Assembly: GCA_000004985.1 (NCBI GenBank)
Contig: GG738850.1
Source: Naegleria gruberi
Taxonomy: Eukaryota
Length of the DNA stretch: 64,000 nucleotides
Direction: 5' to 3' (one strand)
In this document: in pieces, positions 41,074 through 50,706 of the stretch
How the letters are laid out: the number at the start of each line of letters is the position of its first letter
Position numbering within the stretch: position 1 is the stretch's first letter
The notes under the pieces: generated by a model
What the model was told of the DNA's origin: nothing
The model's input: only the letters and a program-made list of their open reading frames with translations
The model's database searches: none
Position numbers and translations under genes: made by a program

Positions 41074-44000
41074 ATGATTGTTACAAAAAACCAACTTTCT
41101 TGTGGAAAGTGGAAATTTTTTAAATTAAAAAAAATGTTAACAACATCAGAGAGCAAGCGCAAGAGAGTTTCCGAATCGACAATAGATGCTCATCAAGCTA
41201 ATGATGAAAATATTGATGATGAAGAAATTTCCGTCCATGCCATCGATCCATCCAATGTAGTCGATAAGAAGGAAAAGATTGAAAGAGCAAAAATTTCGAA
41301 ACTCTTGCAATTGAAGAAGGAGAAGGAAGAAATTGATCGTCAGAGGAGGGAATTAGATTATTTGGAAAAGTTTATTCTGAACAAGCCTATGAGCATTTCC
41401 GAACCTAATTCTGCTGTTACTCCATCATCGTCTGCTACTCATGTTGAAGAAATTGATTATCAAATCTTTTTCCGACAAAAAGCAGTGATTGATTTACTTC
41501 AAGAACAGGGAAAGCAAAATATGATTAGATTTAATGTGAGAGGTAAAATATTCGTCACTTCGAGAGCAACTATTGAAAAGAGAGAAAATATGCTAAAGAC
41601 CATGTTATCTTCCAATTTTGGTATTGATACCGATTCTACAGGTGCCATCACACTTGATTGTAATCCAGATTATTTTCAAATTATTTTGGAACATATTAGA
41701 ACAGGTTCTACTACTCATATTGGTGTGTTTGAGGAAAGAACTGAGGATTATCTTGACAAGTTTAATGAATTGTTGGAGATGGCTGACTTTTTTGGTTTGT
41801 CTAAATTAGCAAGTGCTGTAAAGACAATTGTAAAGGATATTGAATCAGATAAAAGAAGTGAAAACAAGAAACTAACCTCATTGGATTCTAGTATGGTTTC
41901 AATCGATAAAGAACAGAAAGAACAGGAATACATTGAGAATTTCATGTCTCTTACTATAACTGAGAAGGAAAATGCAGATTCATACTTTTCAGATGTGGAA
42001 ACAAAACTTGAAAAGGAAAGAAAAGAATTGTTACAAAGAGAGAAGGATTTATTGTCCTCATGCTCCAATCCAGAATTGGTGTTCAATGTAAGAGGCGTCA
42101 GGCATGTTGTTTCCATTCAGAAAATTGTTGCTCATCCCGATTGTATTCTCAATGATTTATTAGCTAGAGTGGATTCTGGTGAATTGGATAATAATGAAAT
42201 TTTAATAGATAGAGATCCAGAAGTTTATCAGTACATATTCTCATTCTTACAAAATGGATCATTTTCAATTCCAAGTGAAGAACACAAGAAGAAGCAAATA
42301 TATCGTGAAGCCAAATCACTCAACTTGAGAAAAATGATTGACTATTTCGATCCACTACGTTGGCCAATAGAAACAATAGGTAAAGAGAATATCAAAATGA
42401 GAGAGGAGGAGGATTACATTAGAGAATTATTTGCAACTGACAGAGAAAATCCATTATTGAAAGATCCTTACCTATTTTTGATCAATATTTTCGAAAATCA
42501 AACTATTAGAGATGGTTTTAAAAAGGAAACAACCAATCCGAATATTCCATTAATTTTTAACTTTGAAGATCAAATAGAATGCTCAGAATTAACTTGGAAG
42601 GGAAATGTAGCTGAACCAAGAATTCCAGAAATTATTTCTAGTAAGGATGAATTTATTGCTCAATTCAATGCAGTTACCTATGGTATTTTCAAAGATGCTG
42701 ACTTTTCAAATATGGCTGTAGCTGGAGGTTAGTATTTGCTTTTATTTTAAACAAACACACAATTCGATATATATAGGAAGTATTTGTGCATGCCTTTTGA
42801 ACCATTCTGATTCACCTGAAAAGACTTCCAATCCAGGTAGACACAATTGGGATGAAGATGATGCATCTGATGAAGAGGTACCTGAAGCATCTAACGCAGA
42901 TAATTGCTTTACCGATTCAGATAATGAATCCTACAATGCAGGTTACAGTGGAACTAGTTATAATAGAACGTGGGGTGCCTCAAGTTTTGCTGACAATAGA
43001 ACAGAAAATCAAAAGATGGCCGACAAACTTGGAAGTACAGCATGGAAAGACAGTGATATTGATATTTTCTTGTATGGGCTTACTGAACAACAAGCAGAAG
43101 AAAAACTCACATACCTCTTCACTCTATTCAAGAAGAATTTGAATAGTCACACTGCAAGAACATACCAGAATGGGATATCTGATGATATTATGATTGTCAG
43201 AACTCAACATGCTGTGACCTTTTATTTCTCCTATCCTATCAGACCTGTTCAAATTATTTTAAGAATTTACAAATCAATTACTGAGATATTGTGTGGTTTT
43301 GACATTGATAGTGTAACTGTTGCATTCGATGGCAATCAAGTGTTTGCCCTACCAAGATTCAAAAGGGCTATCAAGTATAGAATGAATTTAGTAGATCCAG
43401 ATCGTCAGTCCACGTAAGTTTATTTATTAACCTTTTTGCTAACTGATCATCAATTCAGAACATATGAAAGTAAGTCATGATCCTTCAATTTTAATTTATA
43501 ACATTTATAGCTCGCTTAGTAAAGTACGCTAAAAGAGGTTTCAGAATAGGAATTCCAGGGTTTGATCCATCACTGATTAAAAATGAATATTTAACCCAGG
43601 GTAAAAACCCATTTTATTATCGTAGAAAATACAGATATTATAGGTTTAGCAATCATAAGGCTGATGTTTCAAGAGTTACAGGATTGGCAAGGATTTTATT
43701 GTACAAACAAGCTCACAAATATGCAAAAAATGTTAGAAAATCGATTGTGGAAGAAAATATTGAAAATCAGGAGAATGACCACGATTATAAACAGCTTTGC
43801 CTTCCATACAGTTCAACAGCAACCCCATCCCATAACTATCAAACAACCCAGTCTGTTATTGCTTATTTTATGGAAAAATTGGGAAAGAAACCTCATTTCG
43901 AATGTGCTTTGAATGATGTATTCTCGGTTTTGCACACCTCTGGTGACAATTCCACCCTTGAAGCTGAAGTTAAATGGATGGTTATTGAGCCAACCACACA

Positions 44001-44377
44001 AAAAATTGGAAGTTTCAAGTAAGTAGTTGTGCAATAATTGCCATATTAATCTTGGTTTTAGCCCAACAACAAATAACTTTTACAAGGATGCTTATTCTTC
44101 TATTAATGCAACAGGTCTTACGCCTGTTAAACGTAAGAAATTGAAATCAATCTACACATGGTCTTGGCAAAATAGGAACACTTTTATTAGTTATGATGAA
44201 GCAACTTGTGGCGTTATTGAAAAAGCATACAGAGAATATAGGGATAATGCTTCTAAAGACAGAGTCAATGTTTCTGATACTCACTACATTGATTTTAGAA
44301 GAATGAAACAAGTAGCAAAAGCAGATTCCACAAGACAAAGAGCAGTCAAAAGAACAAAATCTGTTGTTGTGGATTGA
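41074..44377 (+). CDS. Multidomain protein: two KCTD/T1-type BTB domains, a central region with a GS..SDIDI nucleotidyltransferase-like motif, and a C-terminal WWE domain; 5 exons: 41074..42727, 42777..43413, 43459..43469 (11-nt micro-exon), 43511..44018, 44062..44377
   Basis: ATG at 41074. The BTB-1 domain is IRFNVRGKIFVTSRATIE...LDCNPDYFQIILEHIRTG. The BTB-2 domain is LVFNVRGVRHVVSIQKI...LIDRDPEVYQYIFSFLQNG. Introns have donors GTTAGT and GTAAGT and acceptors TATAG, TTCAG and TTTAG. The track ORFs 42797, 43684 and 44027 start with TTG or other non-ATG codons. The WWE domain is YTWSWQNRNTFISYDEATCGVIEKAYREY...THYIDFRRMKQVAKADSTRQRAVKR. The joining of the last three exons depends on the micro-exon and is less certain. 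Confidence 0.6.
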
Positions 44378-44595
44378 AATAAATAATTTTGCAAATTTTT
44401 TCGAAAACCACAATTAGTTGAAAATTATTATGTTTAGTAATGTGATAACCAGCTTTTTTCTAAATAAGACTGCTGATGATAAAGATAAGCCATATTTGGC
44501 TGAATCACTTTGATGAAATACCTTATCAACCCCTAGACTCTGCTGACCAAAAATAATGATTATTGTATTTGTATTACAATAGGAGACAATTTTAT

Positions 44596-47500
44596 TTAAT
44601 TTTCCTCAGAATTGTCAGACAAGAGGGAACCACCAACAACCTTCATAAAGGCAGAAAGTAATTCTGGTTCCTTTTGATTCTTAACTGGTGGATTTTTGAC
44701 AATTCTTGTATTCTTCAAGTTTGGTTCACCAGTACATTCAATCTTTTCGAGAGGTCCATTTACAATGAGAGAGAATGTTTGTGGCCCTTTAGGAACTTGT
44801 GTGCCTTCAACGACAACACGGAAAACAGTCTTGTCAGCAATGTGCTTGGAATATCCATTAATTTTAACTTGTTCCACATTATTGATATAATCTCTTCCAC
44901 CATTTCCATAATGTTCTTGACCATTATTTTCAATTTTAACAACCAAGTCAAGGTTATTGACAAGTTGAATTCTTGCATTAGGTGAACCAGGATAATCAGT
45001 CCAAACAAGTGTTGCCTTCAATGCTTGATCCAATTCCTTGAATGCTTGATCCTTAGTGCTTTTAACTGGAACAGCTCTGAAACAATATTGCTTATAACTG
45101 TCTGTTGTTACTGAATCTTGTTGTGAAACGAACATGTTAAAATCAGACTCTCCAGCAAAAGGCAAGACATGTCTGAGACGAACCAATCCGAAACCTTGAG
45201 TGAATGAAGGAGTACCGTGAAGTTTCTTCCACAATCCTGCACCATTAGCTTCAACCATTCCAGTCAATTCTTGACCACTGTTAACAAGAATAGCCTTCAA
45301 AGTGGCACCTGTTGGATCCACAGAGTTTTGTGAATTTTCTTTAGCAGTTGGATAAAATCCCTTGGTAAAGTATTGATGAACCATTGAGGCATAACCAGCT
45401 ACGATTGGTGTGGAAAAACTAGTACCTTGATTGGCGATAGGAACTGGACAATAACCCTTATTAGAGAATGAATCAGCCATCTCTTCAGAATCATCAGCTG
45501 AGGAAGTACCCAATGAACGAGATCCGAAAATAAGTTGACCAGGAGCAACAATATCTGGTTTGATTCTACCATCAGTAGTTGGTCCTCTTGAGGAAAAGGT
45601 ACCCATATTGTTTGGACTGAAATGTTCTGGGTGTTCAATCATGTCATTCAAGTACTTCTTTCCACAACAAACCTTCTTGAAAATATGACTGGAACAAGCA
45701 AATTTTTCACCAGTAATATCAATACTATCACAGAAAGATTGTTTGTGATCAAAACATGGAGATCTCTTGGCACCAATTGATTTACAGAAGGTTGGAGTAG
45801 CAAAGAGCATTCTTCCATGACCTCCCTTGAGACACATTTGAGTTTCCATCATTTCGTGTCTAATAATATCACCATAGAGTGGATAACCAAGTTCGAAACT
45901 CTTTCTAGTCCATTGAGAAGAACCAACAGTGATACAATTCTTGCAGGTACCTGGACTTGTGATACTTCTAGTACCACTTCTGCCACTGTTACCAGCAGCA
46001 TACAATTGAATAGTATTTGGATTCTTATAGGCCCATTCGTCAACATCTTGGGAGGCAATTGTGTACATGCCTCTCTTTGGACTACCCCAACTGTTTGTTG
46101 AAATCTTGGCATTACACTTGTTGTGCATGTATGGGAAGTAATCTCCACTCAAATCATGAGGAACACTGAGACGACGAGTTGGTAAACCAAGATCAAAGAA
46201 ACACAACTTGGCATCTTTAACAACTCCATCAAATAAATCCTTCATTTCTTCTCCATCATCGAATTGGTCTCCCTTGATAGAGCATGACAAGATTGAGGAA
46301 ACAAAAGAGCCGTGACCTCTAACAATGTCTCTATCATCAGCAAAACTCTTGTAAGAAATAAACTTATCGTGAGTGTCAGTTTCAATCTTGTTATAAGGAA
46401 CCTTTTGTCCTCTTCTATAGAAACAACAATTGTTAATATCAACACCAGTATCACCAATACCAATAACTTGGTCTCTTCCAGTGAATCCCTTTTCCCACAT
46501 CCATTTAACATCAGGCATAGCAGAGTGGCCAATCTTGTCATGTTCAACAAAATTGAGAGTAGTATTGGCAATTTGATGGAATTTTTCACCCAAATAAGTT
46601 TTAGATGTTGCTGACTTGGTTGATCCGTATTTGAAGAGAACTGACTTGTAGGAATCACTCAATGGATTAACAGCAGATAACAATTGGAAGGTTTCTTCAT
46701 CATCCAAAGAATATTCTTGTTCGCTTAACAATTTGTTAAAAGCAGTGGCAGCTTCACTGTCAGAATCAGCTTGTTCAAAAGATTTTTCCTTGACATAGTT
46801 TTGATAAAATTGGCTGAAAGGAATGTCAGCTTCTTCTTCTTCATCATCCTCAAAATCAGATTCAAGACCAAAGCTTTCTTCCTTTTGAATGTGACGAGAA
46901 AGTGGACTCTTTGAAAGAATTTCAATAATACTATCCTTAATAATTTGTGGAATGGTAACAGCAATTGTCAAATCCTTCTTCTTGTAAATAATAACATTTC
47001 TCTTAGCTTCAGTTTTGATGAGTTGTTCAACATTGGTTTTATCAATGAGATCAAAAGCAATATTTCTCCACTCTCTAATAAGACCTTCCATATCAGTATT
47101 GTAAAATAATTGAACTTCAAGACTGACTGTGGCGAGTGGCTTTTTCTTATTTGCTTGCAATTCATGACTAACCTTGTAAGATGGATCAGCAAGACCAACC
47201 CACAATATATCATCAGCAAGATTGTCATCCTCAGTCTTTTGTTGTTCCTTACTCAATCTCTTTTGATCAATCTTTTTCAATTTATCCAAAACAGAAACAA
47301 TTGAAGGAGCAACCAAAACGAAACTATTGTGTGGATGATAATTGACTTCAGAATTACTTTCAAAGTAACGTTTCAAAAAGTCTCCAAAGCCTGTCTTTAC
47401 AGGTGATTTGACTGTTACATAGATTTCTGTTGGTGTAACCTTTTCTTTGAGAACTTGTTTGAACTCATCAAAAGCCTTGTCAGCCAACTCTGTGTTATCC

Positions 47501-47961
47501 TCCTCTACTTCTTCTTGTTGATTTTCAGCTCTTTTCAAGGTAACAAGCTTTTGCAAGAGTGAAGGAGTATTCTCTGTATCAATGTATCGCTCTCCATTGA
47601 ACAAAATCTTTCTTCCATGAAGAAAACTATTCATCAATTCATCATCAGCAAATTTCTTTCCCAATATAAAGACATCCCTCAGTTTGTTGTTACTATTATT
47701 ACTAACTTCGGATGGATCTTCTTCACTCTCCTCATTGATGATTATATCATTGGCGCCTCTCTGAGTATTTTGCTTTTTTCTCGGTAAAGTTTTAAAATTA
47801 CTCTCCAGCTGTGTTTGTAATTTTACGAGTAAATCTTCGTGGCGGGAAAGTTTGGCTTGTTGTTCTACTGTTGCTTGTTGGGAGAGGGTAACAAGTAGAA
47901 GGCAAGCTGTCAACAGCAACAAGACTATTGCGAAAACTCTTGAAACTGCTTTGTTAGCCAT
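44596..47961 (-). CDS. Secreted subtilisin-like serine protease (S8 family) with long N-terminal region and a Cys-rich insertion between the oxyanion Asn and catalytic Ser
   Basis: ATG at 47961 and a signal peptide (VFAIVLLLLTACLLLV). The catalytic motifs are GIGDTGVD (Asp), RGHGSFVSS (His), YAAGNSG (Asn) and NQGTSFSTPIVAG (Ser). An insert of about 130 aa with about 10 Cys precedes the Ser motif. Confidence 0.8.
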   Translation of the reverse strand: MANKAVSRVFAIVLLLLTACLLLVTLSQQATVEQQAKLSRHEDLLVKLQTQLESNFKTLPRKKQNTQRGANDIIINEESEEDPSEVSNNSNNKLRDVFILGKKFADDELMNSFLHGRKILFNGERYIDTENTPSLLQKLVTLKRAENQQEEVEEDNTELADKAFDEFKQVLKEKVTPTEIYVTVKSPVKTGFGDFLKRYFESNSEVNYHPHNSFVLVAPSIVSVLDKLKKIDQKRLSKEQQKTEDDNLADDILWVGLADPSYKVSHELQANKKKPLATVSLEVQLFYNTDMEGLIREWRNIAFDLIDKTNVEQLIKTEAKRNVIIYKKKDLTIAVTIPQIIKDSIIEILSKSPLSRHIQKEESFGLESDFEDDEEEEADIPFSQFYQNYVKEKSFEQADSDSEAATAFNKLLSEQEYSLDDEETFQLLSAVNPLSDSYKSVLFKYGSTKSATSKTYLGEKFHQIANTTLNFVEHDKIGHSAMPDVKWMWEKGFTGRDQVIGIGDTGVDINNCCFYRRGQKVPYNKIETDTHDKFISYKSFADDRDIVRGHGSFVSSILSCSIKGDQFDDGEEMKDLFDGVVKDAKLCFFDLGLPTRRLSVPHDLSGDYFPYMHNKCNAKISTNSWGSPKRGMYTIASQDVDEWAYKNPNTIQLYAAGNSGRSGTRSITSPGTCKNCITVGSSQWTRKSFELGYPLYGDIIRHEMMETQMCLKGGHGRMLFATPTFCKSIGAKRSPCFDHKQSFCDSIDITGEKFACSSHIFKKVCCGKKYLNDMIEHPEHFSPNNMGTFSSRGPTTDGRIKPDIVAPGQLIFGSRSLGTSSADDSEEMADSFSNKGYCPVPIANQGTSFSTPIVAGYASMVHQYFTKGFYPTAKENSQNSVDPTGATLKAILVNSGQELTGMVEANGAGLWKKLHGTPSFTQGFGLVRLRHVLPFAGESDFNMFVSQQDSVTTDSYKQYCFRAVPVKSTKDQAFKELDQALKATLVWTDYPGSPNARIQLVNNLDLVVKIENNGQEHYGNGGRDYINNVEQVKINGYSKHIADKTVFRVVVEGTQVPKGPQTFSLIVNGPLEKIECTGEPNLKNTRIVKNPPVKNQKEPELLSAFMKVVGGSLLSDNSEEN

Positions 47962-48116
47962 TTGTTTGGCTTGGTGTTGTTGGTTTGAATTTTTTTTGTG
48001 GATATTTTTGAATTGATTATTTGATTATAATTGTTTTTGGCAACTGACAGGTCCTTATCATAACCAAAATAACTATCTTTGAGATTTTTGTGAATATTAA
48101 TCACAAAGTTTAAGGT

Positions 48117-50174
48117 TTATTTGTTGGGTTGATTCTTCTTGAGTTTAAGCCAAGAATCATAATAAGAAACATTTAGTTCCCTATTACATTGTAAAATCTT
48201 GTTGTAATTCAGAGAATCATTGTGGGAAGTAGTTGAACTCGAAAGGCTAAGCGATTTGATTAACTTGTAGAAAAGTTTGTACTGTTTGACCAAAAACTTC
48301 TTACGCGACGTCAGAATCAATTTAAGATCAGAATATTGGCATCCTTCAACTCTCGTCTGTTTTGTTTCTTTCAAATTTGTAAAAAGATAAAAGAAGTACT
48401 CTTTTGAAAAGGTTGCTGTTTCTGACTCTTTCTCGACAGATTCATCCTGCAACGAGTGCCCTATTACGAATATTGCATCAATTGAAGGCTCTTCTATAGC
48501 TGTATAAATGTATCGGGATTTTCTTGTCGCCATGAATGGTAATTTCGACACTGTTTCACAAACTCCAAAAGCAAATGGATTGGTAGCATTATGAGTGGAT
48601 ACATTAGTGTTACATTCCTTAACCTGTATTTCAGAATTAATGTCCAGTTTCTGCTGATTTTCAATATTGGTGAAAATATTCCAAAATTTTTCCAGTGGGC
48701 AATCAATAGTTGTTGAAAATTTGGTCAATTTCATTCTACTAGCTAGAGCCTTATCGAAAGTATAGACTTGCTTGGATGCTAATACTTTCAAGCCACGTTT
48801 ATCTCGTATGACTTTCCAATCCTTAGTGTCCTCCAATAATAGGGAGAAACCAAAATAAAAATGTTCTCGCTTAATTACCTTGTCTTTGATGTCACTCTCC
48901 TTAATTCTCCAGTCCAAAATGTTGAATGAATAATTCTTCACAGCTACGGATCTAGTATATTCCTCACCCTTTCTCTTCAAAAAATATAAAACGTCTGGGT
49001 GTTTACAAAACCATGGAAACGAGTCAACTTGTAAATCTAAATGGACACTATTGTACAAATCCCTAAATATTACATTTGGATCCAACTTGTTGCCGATTTC
49101 CTGAACAATTGTATTCTTTGATTTTAGCTCGGTTATGGAATACTTCTTGGTCTCCTCTTTGATCAAGTCCTTATGCATTTCAGAAATGATAAGCCAACTC
49201 TTTAATAGGTCTGTTTTGAGAGGACCTCTGTGTAATTCTTTTTCTGCCTGTTCTATGATAAACCTTTCAATTATTTCCTTTTTGACCTTGTTCATCAATT
49301 TGTATATCTGTTCCTTACTGGTCTTTAGTTGCTTTGAAAGTAAATCGAAGGAAGTCTGATCTCTACTCTCATCCACATTTGTATTTGGGCTTGTTTCGAT
49401 TGTTGGTGTGGAAATATTTGAATGATCTTTTTCAACAACTTTAGAAGGATCATCCTTATTATTCTCCTGATGATTAAGATCATCCCTAGATGTACTTGAG
49501 GAGATACTTTTTTCAGTAACAACACTGATCTTATCCATTGTCTTCATTGGCTGATTATCTAGTGAGTCATCTGTATAATCGTGGCTCGAAGAACTTGTGG
49601 TTGTTGTGATCTTAGTGGCATTCATCTCCATATTGTTCTCTCGCCACTTGGAATAAACCTTCTTATACTCATCACAAGCAATAATGAATTCAAAAGGCTC
49701 CTCAGCTTTTGAAACTTTCAAAAAGGTAAGGAATAATTCTGAACATTCTCTATCTTTCAATACTTGTTCAAAGACAAGTGAATAGTCTTTTGGATTGAAA
49801 TCAGGATTGTCATCACTTCCATCACCAAGATAACTATCAACATTAGGGCAACCTGATGACCTCGAACTAGATGATACAAATCGCATAATATTAAAATTAT
49901 TTCCTTTACTATTACTTCGCCACTTTCTTTTATGTTCCTCCCAATAGTCTACATCTGTTGCCGTTGTTCCACTTGCTGATGATTCAGTGGCTGATGAGCC
50001 ACCTGTATTGCTTCCGTTACGACCTCCTCCATTAGGTTCCTCCACTGAAAAGATATCATCATCCGCATCGTGAGGAAATATCGAAATAATTTGTTGTTGT
50101 TGATATTGATGTTGTTGAGGTTGTTGTTGCTTATTAGCTGATGCGTCTGGTGATGAAGGTGAAGAAGCTATCAT
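48117..50174 (-). CDS. RGS (regulator of G-protein signalling) domain protein with Q-rich N-terminus and a C-terminal region of uncertain (possibly START-like) fold
   Basis: ATG at 50174. The RGS core is DYSLVFEQVLKDRECSELFLTFLKVSKAEEPFEFIIACDEYKK. Confidence 0.65.
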   Translation of the reverse strand: MIASSPSSPDASANKQQQPQQHQYQQQQIISIFPHDADDDIFSVEEPNGGGRNGSNTGGSSATESSASGTTATDVDYWEEHKRKWRSNSKGNNFNIMRFVSSSSRSSGCPNVDSYLGDGSDDNPDFNPKDYSLVFEQVLKDRECSELFLTFLKVSKAEEPFEFIIACDEYKKVYSKWRENNMEMNATKITTTTSSSSHDYTDDSLDNQPMKTMDKISVVTEKSISSSTSRDDLNHQENNKDDPSKVVEKDHSNISTPTIETSPNTNVDESRDQTSFDLLSKQLKTSKEQIYKLMNKVKKEIIERFIIEQAEKELHRGPLKTDLLKSWLIISEMHKDLIKEETKKYSITELKSKNTIVQEIGNKLDPNVIFRDLYNSVHLDLQVDSFPWFCKHPDVLYFLKRKGEEYTRSVAVKNYSFNILDWRIKESDIKDKVIKREHFYFGFSLLLEDTKDWKVIRDKRGLKVLASKQVYTFDKALASRMKLTKFSTTIDCPLEKFWNIFTNIENQQKLDINSEIQVKECNTNVSTHNATNPFAFGVCETVSKLPFMATRKSRYIYTAIEEPSIDAIFVIGHSLQDESVEKESETATFSKEYFFYLFTNLKETKQTRVEGCQYSDLKLILTSRKKFLVKQYKLFYKLIKSLSLSSSTTSHNDSLNYNKILQCNRELNVSYYDSWLKLKKNQPNK

Positions 50175-50706
50175 ATTATTTCCTCTCTCAATTCTAATCT
50201 ATCCAAACACTCTCTTCAAATACTGTCTAACTTGTATCAACAAAACAAAACTTTTGCGGCCAGGCACTGAGAAAAGCCAGGCACTTGTTTTTTTGAGGGT
50301 TTGAATTTAGCAAGGTCTATATTTCAAAAAATCCAAAATCAGCGCTTCTTGCCTTTCTCACAAATAGTGTTGGGGTATTGACCACCTAACATTGTGTTAA
50401 AAGAATGTTGTGGTCAACCAAAGGCGCACATTGTTTGGCACGAAATGATATTTTGGAAATTTTTGTGTGATGACAACACCTTCAATACCCTAATTCTTGT
50501 TGGAGTTTCCAATTAACTCTTCATTGTGAGGTTTTTTACTTGTTTCTAATCTATCTCTCAGGTAGTAAATAATATGAATTCAGTCAGAGAGCCATCAAGA
50601 GCCGGCATTGGGATATTTAATGAAAATACTGAAAAAAACTAATGAAAAGACATTTAAACCTACAACAACAATAGTCATTTCAAAACACCTTTAAAAACAA
50701 ACATTA

